From NCBI GenBank assembly GCA_963841065.1, contig CAWJBI010000031.1:80674-144673 (forward strand): a stretch of DNA of 64,000 nt, given 5' to 3'. The translations under genes and the position numbers were made by a program. Source of the DNA: an uncultured Gammaproteobacteria bacterium. GTDB lineage: Bacteria > Pseudomonadota > Gammaproteobacteria > Chromatiales > Chromatiaceae. The notes beneath the pieces are model-generated. The model searched no databases and had not been told where the DNA came from. It worked only from the letters and a program-made list of their open reading frames with translations. Positions 10,641 to 19,795 of this stretch are shown here, in pieces. How positions within the stretch are numbered: position 1 is the first letter of the stretch; every line of letters starts with the position of its first letter.

Positions 10641-11713
10641 ATGGAAACCCAAAGCCCCCTGCTGCCCACCCCGGATCATGCCCTGGTCTGGCGCGAGGGG
10701 CGTCTATACCTCCTCGACCAACGCCTGCTGCCAGGACGGGCGGAGTTTCTGGAACTGAACTCCGCCAGTGCCACCGCCAGGGCCATCCGGGACATGGTGG
10801 TGCGGGGGGCGCCGGCGATCGGCATCGCCGCTGCCTATGGCGTCGTCCTGGCGGCCCGGGAGCGCTACGCCCAGGATGGCCAGGGCTGGCGGTCGCTGAT
10901 CCAGCCGGACCTGGCGGAACTGGCGGCCTCCCGCCCCACCGCGGTCAATCTCTTCTGGGCCCTGGAGCGCATGAGTCGCCGGCTGGCTGGCAGTGGCGAG
11001 GGTGATCCAACCCCGGTGCTACTGGCGGAGGCCCTGGCCATTCACGCCGAGGACATCGCCGCCAACCGGCGCATGGGCGAGCTGGGCGCTGAGCCTGATT
11101 CAGAGGCCCTACCGCCGTCATCACCCACTGCAACGCCGGTGCCCTGGCCACCGGCGGCTACGGCACGGCTCTGGGGGTCATCCGCCAAGGCTTTGCGGAC
11201 GGCAAAATCACCCGGGTCTATGCCGACGAGACCCGCCCCTGGCTGCAGGGGACCCGCCTCACCGCCTGGGAACTGGCCCAAGACGGCATCCCGGTGACCC
11301 TGCAGGCGGACGGCGCGGCGGCCAGCCTCATGGCCCAGGGCGGCATCGGCTGGGTCATCGTCGGTTCCGACCGCATCGCCGCCAATGGCGATGTCGCCAA
11401 CAAGATCGGTACCTACGGCCTGGCCATCCTGGCCCGCTATCACGGCATCGGCTTCATGGTCGCCGCCCCCACCTCGACCATCGACTGGGAGACGCCCAAC
11501 GGCGCCGCCATTCCCATCGAGGAGCGTGACCCGGACGAGGTCCTCGCCTGCGGCGGCCAGCGCCTGGGCCCGGCCGGGGTCGGCGCCCGCAATCCCGTCT
11601 TTGATGTCACTCCGGCGGAACTGGTGGATGCCATCGTCACCGAAAGGGGGATTGTCGAGCGGCCGACCCTGAAGCGGATGCGCCATCTGCGAGCGGGCAA
11701 GAGGGGGGGATAA
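10641..11713 (+). pseudogene. mtnA: S-methyl-5-thioribose-1-phosphate isomerase MtnA, one apparent frameshift near 11100
   Basis: The N-terminal half is in the frame of ORF 10641..11297 ([25 protein letters not shown]). The conserved [23 protein letters not shown]...[17 protein letters not shown]...[21 protein letters not shown] continues in the frame of ORF 11294..11713. Confidence 0.8.
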
Positions 11714-11720
11714 GATAGGG

Positions 11721-14185
11721 CTAGCGATGGCGATCGGTGAGGACCCCCAGGATTATTTGCCCATCCTCCAGTCGCGCCTGGACGCGGCCGCCTTGGGGGC
11801 ATTTGCCGGTGACCATCATCATGGCCAGGGGATTTTCGAGCTGACGCTCCACCTCGCGGCGCAGGGGGCGGGCGCCATAGACGGGATCAAAGCCGTCGGC
11901 TGGCGAGCTTGTCGAGGACGGCTTCCTCCACTTCGACCGTGATGTGGCGGGCGGCGAGGCGCCGGACGAGTTCCGCGACGAAGATGCTGGCGATGCGCCG
12001 CACCTCGGCGGGTTCCAGGTAGTGGAAGACGATGACATCATCCAGGCGGTTGAGAAACTCCGGCTTGAAGAAGCGTTTGACCTCGTGCAGCACCAGGTCG
12101 CGGGCCTCCTGGTAACTCGGGGTGGCGGACTGGATGAAGCCGATGGGGCGCTTGTCGGGTGACAGGGCCTCTGTGCCCAGGTTGGAGGTACCGATGAGGA
12201 TGGTGTTGCGGAAGGAGACGGCGCGGCCCTGGCCGTCGGTCAGGCGGCCGTCCTCCAGAATCTGCAGCAACATATTGAAGACGTCGGGGTGGGCCTTCTC
12301 GACTTCGTCCAGCAGGACCACGGTATAGGGGTTGCGCCGTACCCGCTCGGTCAGTTGGCCGCCCTCGCCGTAACCGATATAGCCCGGCGGGGCGCCGATC
12401 ATCTTGGAGACCTCGTGGCGCTCCATGTACTCCGACATATCCAGGCGCACCACCCGCGACTCGTCGTCGAGCAGGAAGGCGGCGAGGGCGCGGGCGAGCT
12501 CGGTCTTGCCGACGCCGGTGGGGCCGAGGAAGAGGAAGGAGCCAATGGGCCGGCAGGCGGAGCCGATGCCCGCGCGGTTGCGGCGGATGGCATCGGCGAC
12601 GGCATGCACGGCGTCGTCCTGGCCGACGATGCGCCGGTGCAACTCCTCCTCCATGCGCGCCAGCTTGTCGGCCTCCGCCTCCACCATGCGCGCCACCGGG
12701 ATGCCGGTCCAGCGGGAGACTACCCGGGCGATATCCTCGGCCCGCACGTCGAGGTCCTCGCTGGCACGCTCCTTTTCCCACTCCTGGCGGTCGCTGGCCA
12801 GCTTTTCCTCCAGTGCCAGAATCTCCATCTGCTGGCGGGCCGCGCGCTCGAATTCCTGGGCGTTGAAGGCCTGGGTCTTCTCATGCAGCAGGCGCTGACG
12901 CTCCCGTTCCCGCTCGCGGATGGGGGCGGGGACCGAGATGAGCCGCAGGTGCTTGTGGGCCCCGGCCTCGTCCAGGAGGTCGATGGCCTTGTCCGGCAGG
13001 CGGCGGTCGCTGATGTAGCGCTCCGCGAGTTGGGCGGCGGCCTCCAGGGCGTCGGCGGCGTAGTGGATCTGGTGGTGCTGCTCGTAGCGGGGAGCCAGAC
13101 CCTGGAGGATCCGCAGGGTGTCGGCGGCGCTGGGTTCCCGAACCAGGATGGGGTGAAAGCGCCGCTCCAGGGCCTTGTCGGACTCGACGAAGCGGTGGTA
13201 CTCGTCCAGGGTGTCGGCGCCGATGACCTGCAGGCTGCCTTGGGCCAGGGCGGTCTTGAGCAGGCTGGGGGCGTCCAGGCTGCCGGAGCCCACGCTCCCG
13301 CCAGCCCCGACCACGGTGTGAAGTTCGTCGATGAAGAGGATGACGCTGCCCTTAGCGGCGATGACGGCGTCCCGCACCGACTTGAGCCGCTCCTCGAACT
13401 CGCCGCGCATCTTGGCACCGGCGATGATGTCGCCCATGTCCAGGGCCAGCAGGCGCTTGTTGATGAGGGTGTCGGGTACCTCGGCATTGGCGATGCGCTG
13501 CGCCAGGCCCTCGACGATGACCGTCTTGCCGACCCCGGCCTCGCCGATCAGGGCCGGGTTGTTCTTCTTGCGCCGGGAGAGGGTCTGGATGACCTGGGCG
13601 ATCTCTTCCTCGCGGCCGATGACCGGGTCCAGGCTGTGCTGGCGGGCCAGTTCGGTCAGGTCACGGGTGTAGCGCTCCAGGGGGTCGGGCTCGCTCTCCG
13701 CCTCCTCGCTATTGATGGCGCGACCGTGGCGCAACTCCTTGAGGGCCTGCCGCGCCTGGTCGCGATTGATGCCCGCCTCCCGCAGGCGCTCGGCCGACGC
13801 CGCCGCACAGGGGGTCGAAGAGGGCCAGGAAGAGGGTGCCGGTGGCGATGAAGCCATCACCCAGTTGCCGGGCCTCCTCGTGGGCGAGGCGGAACATCTC
13901 GTTGATTTCCTCAGTGACCAGGATCTGGTTACCCTGACGCGGTACGGCCACCTGATAGTGGGCCTGGACGTTCGCGCGCAGCTTGACGGCCGTCTCCGCC
14001 ACATTGGGCAGGAGACGTTCCAGGATGTGCAGGGGCTCCGCGTCCGGCTGGCCGAGCAGGGCCAGGAGAATGAAATCCGGCGTCAGGGTGTTCTGGCGCA
14101 TGGCGACGAGTTCCGTCACCGCCAGTTCCAGGGTCCGGGCCACCTTCTTGGTGCTGAATTGGGCGTAGTTTTCGAAGACGGCCAT
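11721..14185 (-). pseudogene. ClpC-type AAA+ chaperone (Clp_N, two NBDs, UVR-like middle motif), two apparent frameshifts
   Basis: Three in-order fragments make up the gene. 14185-13709 holds the Clp_N repeats. 14004-11887 holds both NBDs ([17 protein letters not shown]) and the motif [24 protein letters not shown]. 12041-11721 holds [19 protein letters not shown]. The first shift is at a 5-nt G run, 13810-13814. Confidence 0.8.
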
Positions 14186-14239
14186 GCTGGCACTCGGCAG
14201 GGTCTCGTTGGGGAGGACCGGCGGCCCGACCCGGGGTCC

Positions 14240-15247
14240 CTAGCGACCAGCCCGTTGCTCGGCCAGTATCTTCCTGACCTTGTCCACCAGATCCCGGGTG
14301 AAGTAACCCTGGGCCACCAATTGCTTTTGGGCGCTCTCGACGCTCTTGCGCCAGCCGGCCAGGTCCTGGAGCGGGGGCTGGAGGAACTCAATGCCCTGAT
14401 TTTTGAGGGCCTTGAGGGCGGCCTCGTTGTCGCGCCGGTTCTGGACATCGATCGCCTTGAAGGTGTCGCCCAGGACCTCCCGCACCAAGGCCTGATCCGG
14501 CCCGGAGAGCATCTTGAACGCCTTGTCGGTGATGACCAGGATGCCATAGGTATAGAGAAGTGGTACTTCCGTCAGGTATTTGACGCGGGTATGCCACTGG
14601 AGGGCAATGGCTCCGGCGGGAGGGGAGGTGACGGTGTCGATGAGTCCCGTTTGCAGGGCTATCAGTACGTCGGTGATGGGTAGGGTGACGGGTGATACGC
14701 CCACGGCCTTGAAGCCGGTGAGGCTGATGGTGTCGCCCTCCGGTGCCCAGACCTTGCCGTCCTTGAGATCGGTGATGGTCTTGAGCGGTCGATTGGACAT
14801 GAAGTAGGCAAAGCCGCCCTCGGCGAAGCCAAAGCCGACGAAGCCCTTCTTCTCCAGCCTTTGCAGCAGGGTGGCGTCCATGCGGGCACGCACTTGATCC
14901 ACTTCCCGCAGATCGTGGAAGAGAAAGGGCAGGCCATAGATTTCGATGTCCTTATCCACGCCGGAAAGAGCGCCGATGGTCACGGCCCCTCCCTGAAGCT
15001 GGCCGGCGCGGATCTTGCGCATGACGCTCTGGTCATTGCCCATGACACCGCCAGGATAGAATCGCAGCTCCACCCGCCCCTGGGAGCGCTTCGCGATGGT
15101 GTCGCCAGCGGCGCGCATGGCGCGCATCCAACTGGTGCCATCCGGGGACAGGGTGGCGATCTTGATCACCTGGCCGGCCTGCGGGGTCTGGACTGGGAGC
15201 AGGGCTAACCAGACCAGGGCGAGGAGGAAGATGCGCCGTATGTTCAT
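14240..15247 (-). CDS. TRAP-type transporter substrate-binding protein (DctP family)
   Basis: ATG at 15247 gives MNIRRIFLLALVWLALLPV, a signal peptide. DctP-like blocks follow: IKIATLSPDGTSWMRAM, RFYPGGVMGNDQSVMRKIRAGQLQGG. Confidence 0.8.
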   Translation of the reverse strand: MNIRRIFLLALVWLALLPVQTPQAGQVIKIATLSPDGTSWMRAMRAAGDTIAKRSQGRVELRFYPGGVMGNDQSVMRKIRAGQLQGGAVTIGALSGVDKDIEIYGLPFLFHDLREVDQVRARMDATLLQRLEKKGFVGFGFAEGGFAYFMSNRPLKTITDLKDGKVWAPEGDTISLTGFKAVGVSPVTLPITDVLIALQTGLIDTVTSPPAGAIALQWHTRVKYLTEVPLLYTYGILVITDKAFKMLSGPDQALVREVLGDTFKAIDVQNRRDNEAALKALKNQGIEFLQPPLQDLAGWRKSVESAQKQLVAQGYFTRDLVDKVRKILAEQRAGR

Positions 15248-15363
15248 GTCATGACTCTTGATGGGTAGCAATCGAGACAGGATCGACAGGACTTTGTGGC
15301 CCAGGGGGTTAGTGGGACCCCTATAAGTTTAGGCCAGTTACGGCCAACCCGTGGGTCTTTGCC

Positions 15364-16218
15364 CTACATCGCGAACCAATCCTCCGCCAACAGACGTTTG
15401 GCCTCCTCCTGGGCCAGCAAATTGGTCAGTGTCAGGCCCGGTGCAACGGGGTCGGTGGTCAGAGCCTGGTTCAGGAGCCGGTCGTGGAGGGGCTGGTCCA
15501 GGACTTGACGCGCATAGCGGCGGGCGTATTCGACCTGGACCATGAGGTCTTTGCCATCCGACAGTCGCAGGGCCTCTTCGAAGTGGCCCCGGGCCTTATC
15601 CGGCTGACCACCCAAGGCGGTTGGGCGGAGGATGGCGAGGGCTCCGGCATAGAGGTGGGCGCGGCCGGCGCGGAAGCCAGGGTCCTGGCTCAGGATGTGG
15701 GCGAAAAGAAATTCCAGCTTGGGCAGGTTGGCAATGGCATCCATGTCGCCGCCATGAAACTCCATCCAGGTTGCCCAGGCGGTACCGAAAACAAAGAGGT
15801 TCTCGAGTCCCGAGGGACCGACCTTGGCCACGGCCGCGGAGAAGTTCTCGAAGGGGCCATCCAGGGCAGCGCAGACGGGTGCCTGTTCGGCGCAGAGGGC
15901 GCGCCTGGCGTAGTCATAGGCGCGATCCGCCAGCCGCGCCCGGCGATCGGGATCATCCAGCAGGGCGCCATAGGAGGCCGCCAATTCGGCTCCGGTGGCA
16001 AGGAGACGTGGGTCCTCCGGGCTCTCGGCGATCATGGATTCCACCAGCAGCAGGAAGGCCGGTGCGGCTGACCGCACCGTCTCGGGATCATCTTGAGCCA
16101 ACATGACGGTCCTGAGGTGTCCCGCCATGCGGTCGGAGGCCAGGGAGGCGCAGCCGGTCAGCAGCAGGGCCAACAAGGGCAGGGCGAGGGCGCGGAAAAG
16201 GATCATGGCTGGCCTCAT
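15364..16218 (-). CDS. TatT-like helical-repeat lipoprotein (TRAP transporter TatT component family)
   Basis: Lipobox LLLTGCAS, then helical repeat sequence. It resembles, from memory, the TatT family that pairs with DctP-type binding proteins, and it lies directly upstream of the DctP gene. Confidence 0.6.
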   Translation of the reverse strand: MRPAMILFRALALPLLALLLTGCASLASDRMAGHLRTVMLAQDDPETVRSAAPAFLLLVESMIAESPEDPRLLATGAELAASYGALLDDPDRRARLADRAYDYARRALCAEQAPVCAALDGPFENFSAAVAKVGPSGLENLFVFGTAWATWMEFHGGDMDAIANLPKLEFLFAHILSQDPGFRAGRAHLYAGALAILRPTALGGQPDKARGHFEEALRLSDGKDLMVQVEYARRYARQVLDQPLHDRLLNQALTTDPVAPGLTLTNLLAQEEAKRLLAEDWFAM

Positions 16219-16400
16219 CTTGCGGGTGACGTTCCTCAGGCAGGACCTTGCCTGCCTAACTCCTGGGGACCGGTTCTCGTGCCAAGGGATCAGCCCGAAG
16301 CACCGGGTTTGGCTTTATCCCTCCTTGGGAAGGATAGGCGTCGTGGCTCGCTTTGCCATGATCGCCGGCATAATAGTTAAGTCCGCACTGGAAATACCCA

Positions 16401-17147
16401 TCAAGGATTCAAGGAAACCGCCCGCCAGAGCAAGACGATTCCCATGGCCAGGATGAGACCGAAGGTCAGGCGGCGATAGTCGTGGGCGCCCATCCGCCGG
16501 TAGAGCAGGATGCCGGCCTGGGTCCCAGCGGCGAGCAGGGGGAAGCCCCAGAGGAACCACCCGAATATCTCGCCCGTATAGAGATCGGCAAGGCCGAAGG
16601 CGACCAGGGTGATGAGGTTGGAGAGACCCAGAAAGAGGGCCAGGGTGGCCTTCTGCTGGTCGGGTTCCCACTCCGGGTGGGCGGCCACGTGGAGGATAAT
16701 GGGGGGGCCGCTGGTGCTGTAGGCCGAGCCCAGAGCCCCGGACACCACGCCCAGACCAAATCGCCACTCCCGCAGCCACCGCGCCCGGGGCTGGCGACCC
16801 GTGAGCGAGACCAGGGCATAGCCCGTCAGAAAGACCCCCAGGGCGCCAAGCATCAGGGTCGCGGGGGCGCGGGTGAGCAGATAGAGACCCAAGGGTGTCC
16901 CCACGACATAACCCATCAGCAGCATCGCCACCCGATCGAAGCGGATGGCCTGGCGTAGATGGAGCAGATTCTGGAGGGAGATCAGAGGGCTGAGGAGGGT
17001 CATCAGCGGCACCGCCGTCTCCAGCGGCAACAGCAGGGCCAGCAGAGGCGCCGCCACCAATCCCGACCCAAAGCCCGACAGTCCCTGGATCAGGCCCGCC
17101 AGGAAGGCGATGCCCAGAATGGGCAGCAAGAGATCCAGGGGCGGCAT
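16401..17147 (-). CDS. TSUP-family (TauE/SafE) membrane permease
   Basis: About 248 aa from ATG 17147. Multiple TM segments with the duplicated G-rich motif (LIQGLSGFGSG ... VVSGALGSAYSTSGPP) typical of TauE/SafE. Confidence 0.75.
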   Translation of the reverse strand: MPPLDLLLPILGIAFLAGLIQGLSGFGSGLVAAPLLALLLPLETAVPLMTLLSPLISLQNLLHLRQAIRFDRVAMLLMGYVVGTPLGLYLLTRAPATLMLGALGVFLTGYALVSLTGRQPRARWLREWRFGLGVVSGALGSAYSTSGPPIILHVAAHPEWEPDQQKATLALFLGLSNLITLVAFGLADLYTGEIFGWFLWGFPLLAAGTQAGILLYRRMGAHDYRRLTFGLILAMGIVLLWRAVSLNP

Positions 17148-17166
17148 GGTAAATCCAGGGCTTAGG

Positions 17167-17964
17167 TTAGGCGAGCAGGGCCCGCAGTTCTGCAAGGGCC
17201 GACTCGCGCCGGCCGAGGTCGGCCAGGCAACGCTTGTAGTGGGACCGCAGGGAGGTTTTGAGATGGCGCAATGCCTCGCCTTGGGGTATCCCCTTCAGTA
17301 CGCAAAAGAGCGCGAGGGCATAGGTGATGTCAAATTGGGATAGGAAGGCTTGGCGCTGGGGGCTGGGGCCACTGCAACTCCCACAACTTTTGGTCTGGAA
17401 CTGGAAGGCCGTGTTGGCGAACAGGACGCCAAAACCCAGAAAGACGCCCATGATCTCCGTGGCCTGGGGCCAGTTTTGCAGGCCACCCGGTGGCGGCTCA
17501 CCCGCGGCGGCCCCCAGATGATGGGCCAGGTTCTGGGCCAGGCCCGCGATCAAGGCCTCTGGGTTGTTGACCAGGATCGGGTCGTAGGCAATGGGGATCA
17601 TGTCTGGGGTCCGAGTTCCGACCTGAGTCCCAGGACCCGCTGACCCCCCGGGCGCCCCGCGCAGGGGTTGGGGCAGGGCGAGCCGGGGCGGCGCGATGGG
17701 GATCCCGGCCTCGGGCGGCATCAGCCGCAGGGGCCAATGTCCCATGCCGGCATAGCCGGCCGTGGCGTGAAAGATGATCTCTGCCATGCCCTGGACGCTG
17801 TCGGCCCGGCCAGGGAAGTAATCGTTGGTCGGGGCAATCAGGGGGGTCTGGTCGCGGAAGTATTTGGCGTCGAACCACCGCAAGGCCCAGCCGAAGACGG
17901 CAAAAATCCAGGTGACCGAAGGCTCGTCCAACGGTGGCTTGGAGATGAAAAGGTTGGCGAACAT
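17167..17964 (-). CDS. hypothetical protein (no family recognised)
   Basis: 265-aa ORF with coding-like composition. Its stop lies 20 nt upstream of the TSUP start codon, on the same strand. It contains a CGSCSG motif and one hydrophobic segment. I see no diagnostic motif. Confidence 0.5.
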   Translation of the reverse strand: MFANLFISKPPLDEPSVTWIFAVFGWALRWFDAKYFRDQTPLIAPTNDYFPGRADSVQGMAEIIFHATAGYAGMGHWPLRLMPPEAGIPIAPPRLALPQPLRGAPGGSAGPGTQVGTRTPDMIPIAYDPILVNNPEALIAGLAQNLAHHLGAAAGEPPPGGLQNWPQATEIMGVFLGFGVLFANTAFQFQTKSCGSCSGPSPQRQAFLSQFDITYALALFCVLKGIPQGEALRHLKTSLRSHYKRCLADLGRRESALAELRALLA

Positions 17965-17996
17965 GGCGGATCCCGCTTAAAAATCAGAAATCATAT

Positions 17997-18446
17997 TCAG
18001 AGCCGCCTGTGGGCCAGCAACCGGTCAAGAGCGTTGGCGAAGGCCTGGCGCTCGGTCAAACCCAGGGGTGGCGGCCCGCCGGTGTTCACCCCGGTGCTGC
18101 GCAACTCCTCCAGGAAGTCACGCACCGCCAGCCGCTCCCGGATATTCTCGGGGGTGTAGCGCTCACCCCGGGGATTGATGGCATCCCCACCCCGCGCGAT
18201 GACCTGGGCGGCCAGGGGGATATCGCCAGTAATGACCAGGTCTCCCGGCTCCAGGTGCTCGGCGATATGGTGGTCCGCAACATCAAATCCTTGCCCAACC
18301 TGGACCCGGCGAATCAAGGGCGAGGGCGGCGTTTGCAAAGGCTGGTTCGCTACCAGGGTGAGGGGAATCCCGACGCGCAGGGCGGCGCGGTACAGAATCT
18401 CCTTGATAACCCCTGGGCAGGCGTCGGCATCGACCCAGATGTGCAT
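17997..18446 (-). CDS. yaiI: YaiI/YqxD-family protein (UPF0178)
   Basis: ATG at 18446 gives [22 protein letters not shown]..., the canonical UPF0178 N-terminus. 149 aa. The longer track ORF is an upstream extension with no support. Confidence 0.8.
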   Translation of the reverse strand: MHIWVDADACPGVIKEILYRAALRVGIPLTLVANQPLQTPPSPLIRRVQVGQGFDVADHHIAEHLEPGDLVITGDIPLAAQVIARGGDAINPRGERYTPENIRERLAVRDFLEELRSTGVNTGGPPPLGLTERQAFANALDRLLAHRRL

Positions 18447-18576
18447 GGCGAACTCCGTGGTTTGGCTTGCCGGCGAGGTGGGGGAGGGTGGCCGCTCGCG
18501 GCTCCTTATATCGGCGGCTCGAGGAAAGAGGGCTCGCCGCGCTGGGCCATGCCGCCTCTTCAGGCCGGGGCACGGC

Positions 18577-18858
18577 TTACTCGGGGAGGCACTCGGCTGC
18601 CTTTTCGGTTTCGATTTCCTTGACGAGGGCCCCTTCGTAGTCCACGGACACACAGGTCCCGACCACCGCCGGGCCATCATCCTCGTCTAAATGGGTTTTG
18701 GCCGTCACGGTGACAGTACGACCGCCGATGACCCAGTCCCCGAGCTTATTGTGTGGCAGGTTGTCAATGAGACCCTTGAAATCCTTGTTGGACTGGGCAA
18801 TCGCGGGATTTCCCAAGGCCAGCGCGGCAAAAAATACGCTAAAGATCATTGGCTTCAT
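18577..18858 (-). CDS. small secreted protein
   Basis: 93 aa. Signal peptide [21 protein letters not shown], then a beta-rich segment [35 protein letters not shown] (DUF5666-like, from memory). Confidence 0.55.
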   Translation of the reverse strand: MKPMIFSVFFAALALGNPAIAQSNKDFKGLIDNLPHNKLGDWVIGGRTVTVTAKTHLDEDDGPAVVGTCVSVDYEGALVKEIETEKAAECLPE

Positions 18859-18990
18859 TCTTTGCTCCCGATCATCTCAAGACTTTCGACTCAGTGAGGT
18901 GGAACGTCTCTCCTGGGGATGGCGCAGCCGAGGGCGGCCCTACCCTGGCCGCTGCTCCCCCCAGTCCCTTTACCCCGGGCCTCTGCCTTT

Positions 18991-19485
18991 TTAGGGAGGC
19001 GTCTTGGCATCGGCAATGACCAGCACCCCATCCGCGTCGGCGTAAAGCATATCACCCGGCCGGAATTCCACTCCGGCAAAGCTAAGGGTCACCTGGGTCT
19101 CGCCCAGACCGCGCTTGTCACTTTTGCGGGGGAACGTGCCCAGCGCCTTGACGCCCAAGGGCATATGGACCATGTCGGCGCTGTCGCGGATGTAGCCATG
19201 CACCAGCACCCCGGCCCAGCCGTTATCCACCGCCTGTTGGGCCAGCAGGTCGCCGAGCATGGCGCAGCGCGGCGAGGCGTCGGCCTCGATGACCAGCACC
19301 CGACCCTGGCCGGGTTCGCCCAGCAGTTCCCGTACCTTGGAATTATCGTCCGGGCAGCGCACCGTGGCGATGGGGCCGTGGAAGTCGGTCCGCCCGCCAT
19401 AGTCGCGGAACAGGGGGGCGCAGATCTGGGCCTTATCCCCCCGTTCGTCGCTCAAATCAGTTGTTTTCAGGCTATGCAATGTCAT
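18991..19485 (-). CDS. rraA: RraA-family protein (RNase E regulator / HMG-aldolase fold)
   Basis: ATG at 19485 gives MTLHSLKTTDLSDE... Blocks GRVLVIEADASPRCAMLGDLLAQQAVDNGWAGVLVHGYIRD are present. 164 aa. Confidence 0.85.
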   Translation of the reverse strand: MTLHSLKTTDLSDERGDKAQICAPLFRDYGGRTDFHGPIATVRCPDDNSKVRELLGEPGQGRVLVIEADASPRCAMLGDLLAQQAVDNGWAGVLVHGYIRDSADMVHMPLGVKALGTFPRKSDKRGLGETQVTLSFAGVEFRPGDMLYADADGVLVIADAKTPP

Positions 19486-19530
19486 GGTCAGATCCCGAAA
19501 TGGGGCCTCCGCTTGTGGTTCACACCCAGG

Positions 19531-19646
19531 GGTGCCGGGTACCGGGTAACGATCGGCGGGGGACGCCGTGAATACATCCCTGTAGGCTTGACGACAGCAT
19601 CCCTGCTGTCGACACCCCCGCCGATCGTTACCCGGTACCCGGCACC
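19531..19646. repeat. nested-hairpin palindromic element, copy 2 (32-bp perfect outer stem + 52-nt core)
   Basis: GGTGCCGGGTACCGGGTAACGATCGGCGGGGG (19531-19562) is the exact reverse complement of 19615-19646. The core 19563-19614 is homologous to 5391-5442 and lies in the same plus-strand orientation. Confidence 0.75.
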
Positions 19647-19690
19647 AAAAAATTACACTCTCTGATACTTCTGGGCTATCGCTCAATGAG

Positions 19691-19725
19691 AAAAAGCCGG
19701 CCCCAGTTACCCAGGACCGGCTTTT
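19691..19725 (-). terminator. rho-independent terminator after aceA (bidirectional form)
   Basis: AAAAAGCCGGCC-loop-GGaCCGGCTTTT. The GC stem is flanked by an A run and a T run, and sits about 70 nt downstream of the aceA stop. Confidence 0.6.
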
Positions 19726-19795
19726 CCGTCATCGGCTGATGCGGCCGGGGAGGGGGCGCTAAGGCCTGATTACCCGGCCTGATGACCGCCCTGAC

